Shown piece by piece: positions 39,813-53,500 of a DNA stretch of 64,000 nt (the first letter of the stretch is position 1; every line of letters starts with the position of its first letter). This stretch comes from Rhizophagus irregularis (Eukaryota), in the NCBI RefSeq assembly GCF_026210795.1, contig NC_089434.1, forward strand, positions 4,464,001 to 4,528,000, in the 5' to 3' direction. The notes beneath the pieces are model-generated. The model made no database searches. It was not told the origin of the DNA and was given only the letters and a program-made list of their open reading frames with translations. The position numbers were made by a program, and so were the translations under genes.

Positions 39813-41679
39813 TATATCAGATAATAATAATAAGTGTATTTAATTAATATTGTTAACATAATTTAAAAATTAAGCGCTTTTGTCTTTTGAAGCACAACCG
39901 GACGGATAAAGAAAATTTAGCAGGTATTCTGGAACGTCAATTTATAACTTTACGAAAGAAACATTAAAGAAATTATCTTAAACCAATAAAATTTACATTT
40001 AAAAGAAATACCTTGTTTCAATAAAGTTTATATGGCTAAATAATTGAACTCATCAAAGGCACGTTAAAGTTTACAAATAGTAATAAGAAACAACTGAAAC
40101 AATATCAAAATTAACAATATTAAGAGATCCGATATATACTTTCTTATTCTGTATAATTGATTATACGGATGATCATCCATTTAGATGAACGTATGATTGG
40201 ACAACTGTTCAAAGTACTAGCATTTATGTTTATCCATACTGTAATGTTCATTCGTGATTGGTTCTAAGTTTTGAATGAAATAATATGAATTGATGAAAAA
40301 AGAAATTCGGCTAATATCGAAGAATTTCATTGATTCACTCCTACAGTCCTATAACCTATATTTGAAATTATTTTGTTTGAGATGAAACTTTCCGAAAGAT
40401 TCGCCGATTCATATTACTGTGAGCATAACTGGTCACGAGCCAATTAAGTTATTTCTCCTTGTTTCATAAATTACAGTAGTAATCTATTTATGAAACATTA
40501 AAAGTCTTCCTAATTTTGGAAGTTTATCGAAGAATTTCATATCATTACTTGTTTAATTGCAAAATTTTTTGCAACCAATAAAGACCAAGTAAAACTAAGC
40601 AACTTTATATAATTTTTATTAGTCTAAAGCTTAAGTATGATTTATCATAAACTTTTAAGTCTCATGTTTATATGATTGATAAATTGCTCGTTGTTTATCA
40701 GATACTTTAACGTTGGGATAATGGTCGATGTTGAATTGTGCCATTACGTACAACATGACAATAATTAATCGGGAATAACATATTAGTATACTAAAATTTT
40801 GAAATAAATCTTTAGAATTTTATTTTCATATTTTTTTGGAAGAAAGCGGGTTTCAAAAATAAATAAATAAATAATAAATAATTCTGACGAAAATATTATG
40901 CGCCAAATAGAATCTGATATACTGATAATTTTTAGACTAAGATACAAATAATTAGTACTTTTGATATTTTTTGCGTTACGTCATTTAGATTAAATATCAC
41001 ATTTTACAAGTAAAGTAGTACTATATATAGTTTGTTTATATGAAGCATGATCTTGGACATCAACAGACTGCTTCGCAGTGATATTCCCTATCCAATAGTT
41101 GTGTTGTAAATAATTATTCATTGATAAAATAGATAGAATTATAGGATATTTATGGTATCGGTATGTTGCACGATTTTACATTTCGCATTTGAAATTAGGA
41201 ACGTGAGAAAGTTATTCGCACTTTCTTAAATTTTTGTTTTTAGCGTTTTTTTTATTAATTTCTTTTACGTAATTTTATTAAATAATAGTAAACAAATAAA
41301 TATTCATTATATAATTCTCGTGAGTTTTGTTCTAAAATATTAATTAAGAAAGAATTTTTAATTCTAATTCTAAATTATTATGAAAACTAGAAATAATAAA
41401 TACTGGAGATGTAAAATCATGCGCGGAATATGTAAAAATGTGTAGCTAGTGTAGCCATATCAGCATATATAGGTGTATAGGAATCCCACGCAACCAGTAC
41501 TTCCATCAAAAGATGCATAAAAATTTTTGAATTTTCGAAGTTTTAAAAAATTGTACACTTCTAATAATAAACGTCATTTAGAACCTGCTGGAACTAAATA
41601 AGATGATATGCACAAAAATTATTAGATTTTTTTAGCTACGTCACTCATTAAGGTTGTTATATAAATTATTATAACTGCA

Positions 41680-42185
41680 GTGACGTTATTGACGTAACTG
41701 CACCTCTATTATAGGTTAATGCATTTATCTAGTGGAACACGTAACATGATTTATTTTTTTAAAAAAAAAATAAATAAAAGATGGCAGATGACCAATTCTG
41801 GAGCGCTAATATACATTTGTTTTTCCGAAAATGTATTTTTTTGAAAGAATTATTAATAAAATTTTCATTTTGAACTTGTTAGAATCAAGTAAACCCTTAC
41901 TTAAATTAGATTTTGAAAGTTCTTATTGACGCTTATAATTTTATAAATTCTTTGTAAAATTATTTAATGTGTTTATGTTATTGAAATTAATTATTTAATG
42001 GTTTGATTTAAAAATTTTTAATAAACAACATATTTTTATAATAATCTTCTTCTGGTTATTCTATTGTTCTATTTGTATTTCTTTATTAGGAGCCTGGAAC
42101 AAATCTATATATAGAATTTCTTTACCATACCTTGTTCTAAAACGAAAAAAGACATCTGGTTTTGGCCAAAATTATCAATTATTAA
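41680..42185 (+). repeat. Dispersed copy of the small gene-like family; close inverted homologue of 17640-18440
   Basis: Long near-identical stretches to the reverse complement of 17.6-18.4 kb, including the upstream motifs gttaatgcatttatctag and ttgacgtaa. Confidence 0.85.
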
Positions 42186-43154
42186 AATATGTCACTCACT
42201 GGTTTCTATTTTAAAAATTTTTATATTACAATTTTAGATTGAAAATAAAATAATATATATTATAATTTAATAAATTTATGCTTTTTTCGCGATATTATAT
42301 ATTATAAATTATGTACATTTATTATACTAAACTTCATGGCAATTAACGTATTTGACGCAAATTTTAAGGAAAATATTTGCATAAACGTAATAAAAGAGTA
42401 ACAAGACCATTGATGTTACACCAAGAACCAGTTATTATCTTAAAAAACACAAAACACAAAACAAAAATTGCAGGAAAAGTTTCATGACGAAAAGTATCTA
42501 AATGAGGTAAAAGGAGCAATCTTCTATAAACATTCTGTAAGACAATATAATATATATATGTATGATTTCTGAAAAAATCTTAGTATGATCTTATCGTTAA
42601 ATATATTAATCAATAAAAAAAAATCCAATTATATTGATACTACTACATTTCTTTTATATAATATGTCTTTTAATTACTATCAAAAAAAAAATTATATATA
42701 AATGTACATGAATAAAGGAAATATTTAACAAATAATTGTCTTGTTCACTACTTAATTTACAAAAGTAAATGTTATGCTAAATAATAAGAAAATATTTAAG
42801 TTTTTAAATTTTTTGATTTCGATATGATTATTGATTATTCAGTATTGCAGTAGCCATACGATACCATATCATACACATGCCTATATATAGTACAAACTTA
42901 ATGATCTAATTAAAGTGAAACGATTACTGAACAGTAAAATTACATCAGAAAAGAACAAAATTACGACTCCAAATATTGAAAAGATTTATTGATTTACAGG
43001 ATTATTTTACAGAAGTTCCTACGCATGGAAGTTATACTTAATAAAAAATTATCGTAATAAATTTAATAAAACTGTTCAGTGCGAGCATCTTCCTGTTTCT
43101 TTTTTAAGAACAAATTTTAAATTAATACATAATTTATATTATTAGCTATTTAAG

Positions 43155-43580
43155 TTAATTGCCACCTACTTTATCAAAAAATTGATTGTCTTCATTTTGT
43201 TCGTTATAAACGATTTTTGTTGGGTCTTCATCGGTGATCTTCGATTTCTTATGATGGACTTTTTCATTTTCGCCATGGGTATCCTCTTTATGACGGATTC
43301 TCTTGGAGCTTTTCATGTAGGGATGTCCCATTTGTTTAAAGTGTTTGATATGGTTGACGGGACGATTGAAATTCCTAGTTGATGGCACAATAGTTTCAGG
43401 AGGACTTTTAGTTGTTGTCGCAGCGCTTTTTTTTGCTTTTAGATATTCAATCAACTGAGCGATCTCAGGATCATTTTTAATATCATTATTATCGATGTTC
43501 ATGCTTTCCGACATATCCATATTTTCCGACATAATAATAAGAAAGTGCGTTTGTGATGAAAAATTTGTTCTACTACTCAT
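43155..43580 (-). CDS. Hypothetical 141-aa hydrophilic protein or fragment
   Basis: Open frame with coding-like composition in very AT-rich flanks; no domain recognised. Confidence 0.4.
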   Translation of the reverse strand: MSSRTNFSSQTHFLIIMSENMDMSESMNIDNNDIKNDPEIAQLIEYLKAKKSAATTTKSPPETIVPSTRNFNRPVNHIKHFKQMGHPYMKSSKRIRHKEDTHGENEKVHHKKSKITDEDPTKIVYNEQNEDNQFFDKVGGN

Positions 43581-44662
43581 TTATAACTTTTTCTGCTTTG
43601 TCTAAAAAAAGATGTCAGACACCAATTCTAGAACGCCAACATGCATTGGAATTTCCTAATCCAAATGTAATATTCTTTATTTTTTTTTTTGTTAATAATG
43701 TTTGTCCATTTAAAACTTAAAAGATTTTTGTGTTACAAAATTCTTTATAAAAAAGAAATAAATTTATTATTATTATTATTATATATATAAATTATAATAA
43801 AAAAAGAAAAATAAATATATATATTAATCGTTTTCATTATTCTTTTTACAGAAAAGAAATTCAAAGAGCTATATACGGATTGTTCTATTTATACGCATTT
43901 TTCTATAATTGATCGAGCTATGCCCTGAATATCTAAGATCTGCTAACTTTAAAAAAATTATCTGTTATTGTTTTCTACTTTTGGCATTCATATTTTTTTT
44001 TTTATTGAATTTTTATTTTAAAATTATATAGTTATTTTAAAATTGTATTGTTATTTTAAAATTGTATTGTCATTTTAAAATTATTACATACTTCGTGTGA
44101 ATTTTTTGAAAAATATATTATTCTTAAAAAAGGATTATAATTAGGTTGTAAATCCTTATATTTTCATTACTTGTGTTTATGTTTATTTTCAGGAGACAAA
44201 AAAACGTTTCAATTGTTTCATGATAACTGATAAGTCAATCCGTATGTTTTTTTTTCTTTAGAGAAAGGTTATATTACATGTATGTTAACGCAACAAAGAA
44301 CCCTACCCTATCTATATATAGTGCATCACATAAAAATAAATTTTTTTTTTTGACAAATCAAAGCCGATTTGCATTCATTCATTCATTAGTCAATTAAAAA
44401 TAGTGCAGTATAATTCAGGCCAAACTCACGATGCCGGCCAGAATTACATATTTATAATATCACGTGATATATTATCGAATGAGATCACATGATGCGATTT
44501 ATCATGCGGTTTCTCATCATATATACATCGAACATTATCAATTTGACCTGAGTCTGCCATCAACCTCCACAATCAACAAATATTTAGTTAAAATCTCTTC
44601 AATTCAACTTGAATTATTGGCGAACTATTAAAAATTTTTGCCTGAATCGGAATACAGTTAGT

Positions 44663-44860
44663 GAGTCAGACCTCCATAATTGCACACCCCTTGGGACCAT
44701 ATGCATAATTTTCAAAATAGTGCATTTAAAGAGGGTGTGCATTTATAGAGGTAAAATAATTAGAGATCATATAAGCTTGGGACCGAACCAGAGGGTGCAT
44801 TTAGAGAGGGTATACATAGTGGGTGCAATTATGGAGAGTGCAATTATAGAGGTCTGACTG
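44663..44860. mobile_element. pogo/Tigger-like MITE
   Basis: agtcagacctccataattgcac / gtgcaattatagaggtctgactg|ta; gagggtg repeats. Confidence 0.75.
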
Positions 44861-45134
44861 TATTTACCTATTTTGATCGACTATATGTAAATGATTCTAA
44901 GTACGAGAGAAAAATTTTGGGTTACTATTAGTGGATCTTGTGTATCCCTCTTTAGCTAGTAGTCTATCAGCGCGATCATTGTGAACGTCGGTTATTTGAA
45001 TGTGCTTTGACTTTATGCATATTTATTTCTCCCAGATTAAAACATTGTTAATTCCCATAAAAAATTTTTAATTTGCGTCGAATACTTAATGTAGGTGAAT
45101 TAATTTAACAGTTAATTACAGTAAATATAAGATT

Positions 45135-45265
45135 TACTACGAAATCCCGACAATCAGAATCCCGCTACAACACAAATCCGACGCTCACAATCCCGACAAA
45201 TCATAATCCCGAAACTTCAGAATCCAATAACCACATTATTCCCGACATTCATTATCCCGAAACTA
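45135..45265 (+). repeat. Array of aatcccga motifs, probably a decayed transposon terminus
   Basis: About 7 copies of (a/t)atcccga in 130 bp. Confidence 0.5.
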
Positions 45266-45690
45266 TCCTCCTAGCAATTGAAATATAATGACATAATATA
45301 GAAATTCTAAAAAATGATTTATTAACATCTTTAATCAGTATATTAAAAAAATAAAAAAATTATTATATCTCTATGACGCAATAATTTAAATTTTTATTGA
45401 ATTTAAAAACAAGATCTTTTTTTTTAAAAAAAAAATTAATCAAAATAAATAAAGTTTACAAAAATTTATGATTTTGCATTTTACAATAAATCATTATATT
45501 TATATTACGTCCATAAAAAAAGTAATAAAAAAAATAGCGTATCAGGATACTCGCTAAATTTATAAGTTAATATTTGGTGCAACATGAAAATATAAATGAA
45601 TTAAATTTAAACTTTTAATTAAATAGGATTTGGATAGGATTTGGATAGAAATATGACGAAGAATAGGGGTATTAAAAAGTGCGCTTAAAT

Positions 45691-45787
45691 CCCTATAAAA
45701 AATTTTCAGAAAAATGATCACGTGTCTGAGTTTCTTCGGAATCAAAACTAGAAAAATGATCATTTATCGGAAATTTTTTTTATAGGG
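45691..45787 (+). mobile_element. 97-bp CCCTATA mini-MITE
   Basis: First ~50 bp nearly identical to the 25874 element; ends tataggg; flanks aat / act. Confidence 0.8.
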
Positions 45788-48735
45788 ACTGTAACAATTT
45801 ATTAGAAAGATTCGCCGAAACAATACAAGATTTGATATAAATTCTTAAAATGGATTTTCTTTATTGCATTTTATTTCTTTTAATTCATCTAAATAATTCC
45901 CTGTTGTTAAATTGGATATACAACTTTACTGACTCTTTTGTATCTTGAAACAAAACTATTTGTTACATTTAATATAAAAATATTCGGCATTTGATAGGAA
46001 AAAGAAAATTTATAAGTTAATGCAAATAAATGCATTGTTGGTAACTTCCAAGGATTATTAATGAGCGAGCGATTTTCTGATTTTAGGCATAGTTCATTTA
46101 TAAGAACTAATAATATTTGGTTGCTTGGACATGAACTATCTTTTATACATATATGAATTTATATTAGTATTAAAAAGTTAGATAACCTGATTTAGATTTA
46201 GTACTTAATTGATTTTACCACCCAGTCCAATAAACTAATAACTTGATGATAAGATTTAAATCGACGATTTATTTATTTTATCAATATATTTAACCCACCG
46301 TTGTGATTGGTGATTTCATTAAAACGTTTATAGTTTTAAGAGCGTTATAAAAACGTTGGGAAAGATATAAAATAAAATACATTTAGGAACTATACTAATC
46401 AAATTAAAGGTTAATACGATCACCTTGGCATGGGTTTGGATTTTGGAAAAATTTATAAACCCGGATCTGGGTTTAGGTCGGAACCTCTTTACTTTTACCA
46501 TGTTAAAAACTGAAAAAAGGAAATTCAATTGGCCTACGGTCTTACTATATCGTGAGTTTGGGCTGAAGTACTGTAAAACAATTTGACTAGTAAGACTTCA
46601 GAGAATTTTTTTACTAGTGAGTTTTATAGTTTTATACATACAGTTTATGAAAATTAAATTTATTTGTATCAATTATTAAAATAAACGCTTTCGAAGTTTC
46701 CCGATTTCTTTTATTATAATTGTCTTACGAAATGGAAGAAAAAACATTATCGAAATAAAAAACGTTAAAACGAAAAAAATAAATATCGAATTCTTACAAT
46801 CACTAAACAAAACGCGAGACATGGACCAAAAAAAATCTTATAATATCTTAATTTCTTCTTAAAACATCTTAATTTTTCATTATTAAAAAAAAAAAAAAAT
46901 GACAGTGGTCGGGTACGGAAGTAATGGGTTGGAGAAATGGACGTGTTTTTTCTCTTGCCTCCCGGTCTATTTTACCGCACGTTAAAGACTGGGGGGAAGG
47001 ATTTGTTTCTCCAATTAATTGGGATTCGGATTTGATGTTAATTATTAGTAACACTTTTTTAGCGTTGCTAATTTATTTTTAGGATATAAGGAAAGAATAG
47101 AATTTTAGATCTCTATTTAACAGAAATTATATTTTTTGATAATAATGTTTTTGATAAACATTAATTAGCCAGGAATGTGATACGAGAACAACAGTTACAT
47201 GACCAGATGACCAGACGATGATCATTTTCATTAAGATGCGCGAACGATTGGATAATTGCATTTTCTGTTCATACTATAATGAATGTAACTGGTCCTAAAG
47301 ATTATATAATTAAAAATTAATTAATTATTAAATGTTACAGTTAAAATTGTAAATAACTTATACGAATAAGGTTATTGATATTATCGGATATAAAGTTTGC
47401 ACCGAATAATTTTATTACGGTTGAGGGGTTTGTTTTTTTAAATAGCTACGATAAAGAAAATTCTCACTGAATTGTTTTTATTCTGTGATCAAAACAAGTA
47501 ATATTTGATTGTTCTATTCATGCAAACAAATGACTGGATAATAAAAAGTATAATTCTATGTATGTAACAAAAAATTGGCTGATGAACACTTCGTAGATTC
47601 ACGATTCTTTACGTTCTTATTCTATACTTGGAATCATATTATTTATTGTATTGATTGTATTGAAATAAATAAAATTTTTTTTCGAATTTCCAGATTTCGT
47701 AAGATAAGCAATATTTTGATGTATTGATATAACCTTCAACCCGAATATGATTAAGAGTTTGTTTTTCAAAATATATATGTGTGTGTGTATATATTTGCAA
47801 GTAAATGCTATTGGCTGATTATCAGATGTATGTACGCAAAGCGAATAATTAATTAAATAATGTAAAAATAACTATTTAATATTATTAAATGTATATAATT
47901 AAATACAAATCTCCGTAATTTTTTCTATTTATTTTCACATATCGGAATATCGTTAAACGGAGTTAGAATCATTCAACATGGATAATTTGCGTTCTTATTT
48001 GACATTATATGTGTGAAAATATGCAAGTAATAATATTTTAAAAAAAATTTCTAAAAATACTATAAATGTTGTAATACATCCAAAAATCTAAAATGCGACT
48101 TCTTCAAGTTCTATTAATTATGATAATTGCATATAAAGTTATGTTTAAAACGACAACTAACCTTTTATAGGACAATAAATAAGATTTTAAATAAATTATC
48201 ATTTAGAATTTGATACTTTCCAAATAAATAATTTATAGAATCATATGATATATTTCTTGGCATTTTTATTTCACATGTTTTGTAAATTTCGTGTGGCAAT
48301 TAAATTTTATATTACATTTATTTATTATGTGTAATATTTTATAATCATTTGTCGCGCAAACAAAAATTTTTAAGAATTATTTTTATTCGTTCTATTATAA
48401 AATTAATGTGAATTTACGAGCAAATTATTTTAACTGTAGATGTCACAGGCTCACATGTAAGTTTTTTTCGGAATAACATTTTTAATTCACGAATTCACAC
48501 GGATTACACGTTCTAGATTATATTTTATCAATCACGATTGGTGTCACAGAAAGGTAATCAATAGAATGGGTTCAAATTTTATTCACAAAAAAAATTAATA
48601 CCTTTTTGTGTTGAATTTACAAATAATATATATATGTGTGTGTAGGGACGCATTTATTTATAGTATGGCATTTTTATCAGATGAAGGAAAATATATAAAA
48701 AAAATGCAAGTATTAAACCATCTTTAAAGATATTT

Positions 48736-48892
48736 GGGCGCTTTGCAGTAGAAAAGGACGAAACTACTAAAAAAATTCAAATTTTCTTTTATATACCAAA
48801 AATATTCTAAATGCTATAATTTGTTCAGATTTTATATTAACTCATTTTTTATTTTTTTTAGTAGTTTTGTCCCTTTCTACTGCAAAGCGCCC
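48736..48892. mobile_element. 157-bp MITE with ATTT TSD (Sola1-like, AWWT)
   Basis: TIR of about 38 bp, gggcgctttgcagtagaaa / tttctactgcaaagcgccc; TSD attt at 48732-48735 and 48893-48896. Confidence 0.85.
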
Positions 48893-51800
48893 ATTTATCG
48901 ACATCTCGAATTCCTTATCTGACAACATGTTTTTAACATGCATGTAGTAGATCTATTGTATCCCATGTGAAAGTTTTTATTCGACAATCATAATATATTA
49001 ACATAAAAGAAAATTTTGAAATTTCACGATATTTAAAAAATATTTTTCTATCGCGATAAGCTTTTTTTTCTGAGATAAAAGAAAGAAGTAATAATTTACC
49101 TAAATTTGATTTTTTTTTTGATTATTAATTTATAAAAACTACATTTGGCAAGTCTTTTTAAAAAATGAAGATAAGAATAAAAAATAAAACTAAAACTAGT
49201 AAATAACCTCATTAAACAACAAAGAATATTGGTTGTCATAACGCCAATATGCATTCATTAGAGTTTCCGAATGTACATATTTTTTTAAAATTATCAATAA
49301 ATTATCATTCGGAATTAGTAAAAAAAAAAAGATTTTAAGAGTTCTCATGACATTTTTTTTTTTTTGTGTATGCGAAATAATTTGTAAAATTATGCAATCC
49401 ATTTCCTGTAATGTTTCACATACTCACATATGTTTGCATCGTAATTTGATTTAAAATATAGAATACTTTTATAATAACAACATAAAAATAATTTTTTTGA
49501 TCCATGTTCTTTGTTCTTTTACAGAGCTTTATTATCATAATATGATATTATTTCAACCAAACTTCTCCTTTGCATATTTGCGTAATTGTTTATAGACGCT
49601 TAGAACAAATTTATGGAATCTCTTTATCATATCCTCATTATAAACCAAAAGAAAATTGGAAATTTCGGCCCGCATTAGGATTTTTTTGGCCTGCATTATT
49701 ATGATCTTTACCGGAATTGTAAAGGCTTATTTTCAGTTCATCTGTAAAAAAAAGTTACATATGAAAGAAATAAATCTTCCTTATCTCCTTTATTGACTCG
49801 TTCATATTTTGCGGGAGAAAACGTTTCACAATAAATCAAATAAATATTTTTTTCAATATAATTATTTACAGTACGTTGATAACAGTTGATAATTCTATAT
49901 TGTATATAATATATACTTGTATCACAATTCACAGATCCGCATAGCAACAGAATTTTCGAGTTTTTTTTTTGGCTACATAATTTGAAATGATTATCTGACT
50001 AACCATTTTTCTTTCTGGCTAATCAATCTTTTTTTTATATAATTTCAAAAAATTACTTGAGCCGATTGTTATTGAATTTTCGTCTAGTATGATGTTAACT
50101 TGTTACTCTCCAAGTTTTTGAAAATTTTAAAAAGTATCTCGTTCAGTTTGTTAAAAGACTTCTTACAATTCATAAACTCCTTTTTACAATTAACTTATTT
50201 TAGACACATTTTCTTGATATCTATGAAGGAAGAATGATACTTCTGATGAGAGGTTAATGTGGAGAGGTTGTTATTTGAAATAAAAGCGATAGGCGAGATC
50301 TTTCTTAGAATGAATTTAGATCATTTATATAATTTACAGAAATAATTTGAAATAAGAATTTTGAGACAATGATGAATTTTTGTGTGAATCTCATAAAAAA
50401 TATTGATGATCCGAATGATCCATGTTCTAAAATGTGGAATATTCACGGAATTTTCGAAAAAAATTTTTTGTAAGTTGATTTTTTTGCTTTTTCGAATTTT
50501 TTTTAATTTAATGTAGGAAAAGGAAATTTTGTAATTTAAAGACGAGAATGAATATTTTGTATGGATTTGCGTATTTGTTATTTTGAAATGTTTTTTTTTT
50601 TTTGTAATTTCGCTAAGAAATTCAAATGAAAAAGGTTCTTACTTAAAAATAGACTTATTGAAACGTTTAATCATGAGATCATCGCGAGAAATAGTTTTTG
50701 AAAGAAAGAAAAATTCCCCTTATAAAATGCGTTACTTGTTTCGAGCCATTATTTTTGTAATTAAATTAATAAATCAAATTATTTTTGTAAGATTAAAAAT
50801 TTATGAAACAAAAATTTCCATGATTGTCATTTTAAGATGACGACATATCACATTTTCTAATGATAGAATCTACTTTAATTATTTGATGCGACCTTAACTC
50901 CACCCAGAATACATCATGCACACAAGCAACAAATTGCACTTTATCAATCTTAATCATTCACTTACTTTTTCATACCAGGCTCCTAATAAAATATTGATCC
51001 CCAGTATCATCATTTATAATTAATTGCGAAATTTATGTGATTGCATTACCATTTTATCATTTTTATCATTAAGCGAACCATAATAACCGAATGGTGATTA
51101 TGGAATACGGATGTTTCAGAAACAGGTAAATAATGTCACGATAAGCTAAACTCATCTAATATCTTTATTATCAAAATAAGTAATAACAGATAAAAATCTC
51201 TGAAAATTTTTACCAAAATACACGTTAGGAGTTTTTATTAAAATAAGAAATTCAGAATAGGACCAAAACCTAAATGTTAATGGCCGGAAAGTAACTTATA
51301 TTTTTAAATGCACGATCATGAGAAATACTACACATAATATTAATTTCAAACTAATTTACAGTACAATTAAAAATTTAATTTCAGTACGGGTTATATCGAT
51401 TAATTTATATTAAATTCTTTTTTATTAATCAAGGTTTTTCGAAAGTATCGGAAATCATAAAAAAGATTTTAGATTCCGTAGTGAAGTTTAATTTACTCAT
51501 AGGATCGAAATTATTGTCAAATCGTTTATTGTAAAATGTTTCATCAGAAAGATTCGTAGAATAAATTTATTGAGTATCGTACAAAATATATCAATGTAGC
51601 GTGACATTCTAAATATAGTTTACAAAATAATAGAAAGATTATTTAGTATAGACCCACCCCTTATAGCAAGATATTTTTTATATAATCACATAAGATATAA
51701 TTTGCGATTTATACAAAAAAATTTTATTATATAATTTTAAATAAAATATTAATAAATTTAATAGTAAATAATTGTATCATTAACGTGATTACCTTTTTAA

Positions 51801-51999
51801 TGAATTTTTGATTGTAATAATTGAATGAAAATTCATTATAACTGAAATCATTGTTAACTTTCAATAATAAATGCATCCCACCCACCTCCTAATTTATACC
51901 TTAATTTGAAAATTACGAGTACCCCATTTTATTATAACTGTAAAAATTAAATTTGCATTACCCTATTACATTAAACAAATAAAAAAAATACAATTATTC

Positions 52000-53500
52000 C
52001 ATACCACAACCATTAAAAAATAAATTAAGTGTACCTTGCTTTTTCGAATTAAACTAAATATTTTCTCCATTATATCATTTTGTTGCTCAAAAAAATTAAT
52101 AAAAGTTTCCGGTCCACTAACTGCTTTTTTTACCGATATTGCAGGTATTTCGTCATCATTTACTTCTTGATTAATCAGCTTGTACCAAATTAATAATTTC
52201 TTCATCAGTAAGGTCGAATTTCATGATCAAGTATCTTAAAATATTCTATTACATCATCGGACTCTGGCAAACGATTAAGAAGACTTTCTTCATCTACATC
52301 ATAATTATCATAAGATGGATTTTAATCTAATAATTTCGTATTTTTTTTTGAGTAACATTATTTCATCCTTCAGCAATATAATCAATGGACTCCTTAGTTA
52401 ATATTTGTTTCTAATATAATAATTAATATTAATTAAAAAATAGTTTTATAACTTACTTTACATAATCTATTCCAGGGTCAAATTGACGAATTAAACGTTT
52501 ACAAAACTCCTGCTTGTACTTGATTTTAAAACTATGAATAATACCCGCATCCATAGGTTGAAGATGAGCTTTTGTATTTGGTGGTGCCTATGATTTTGAC
52601 TTGATTCTTGTTCGTTATCTATCATTTCCTCATTATTAATATCATCATCATCTTTTTCATGTCTTATTAGATTAAAATGGGAGCCTGCATTATCAATAAG
52701 TAGTAAACTCTTTCAATATAATGTACGAAAATAATTATCTAAATGCTTTAATCATTCAATAAAAATATCAAAACTCATCTATGCTTTTGAATTAGCACGA
52801 TAAATCACAGGAAGAGCCAAATTGTTAAAATTTTTAAGGCATCGAGGGTTAATTTATGAGAGCCCGTAGCATTAGCATAAAAAGAACAGAACCCAGCTTT
52901 TATCCTATAAATAAATAAAAAATCAATAACTAATTGTAATTAAATAATAAATTAATTTTTTTTATTATATTTTATAATATAAAATTGAAATATTCTTACT
53001 TTTTTACGTTCAGCAACTGCTCCAGTACTAAGTGTTTGATTTGGTTCCATTCAAAAAAAAAGGCCTGTCTCATCTGCATTATAAATATCTTCATCATATT
53101 TAGCCAAAAATGCACGTAAACGTATACGTTCCTCTGAAAAACCTTCAAGCGGTGCACTTTTAGCTTTCCCTGAAACATGAATTTCTTGAAGACTATTACG
53201 CAATTTAAATCTACACACCCATCCATTAGCACAACTTTCAATATTTAACCTAGTCTAACCCTTTTTAAAGGAACTCCACTAGCTAAGTCCAAATTTGCAT
53301 AGCCAATATCAAGTTCTGAAACTGAACAGAACGTTGCCAAAAAGTACGTGCAGTCTGTGAAGTAGAAAGTGCTTCTACCCATTTTTGATGATCCTTCCAC
53401 GTTTATTAATGGTCGTTCTTTGGATATCTAGTCCAGGATATTTGTATTAAAAAATCACCTTGACTTAACTAAAATATAATTTTTATAATTTTTCATAATG
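52000..53500 (-). pseudogene. pogo/Tigger (CENP-B, DDE_1) transposase pseudogene
   Basis: DIYNADETGLF, LLIDNAGSHF, PPNTKAHLQPMDAGIIHSFKIKYKQEF; introns, stops and frameshifts. Confidence 0.88.
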
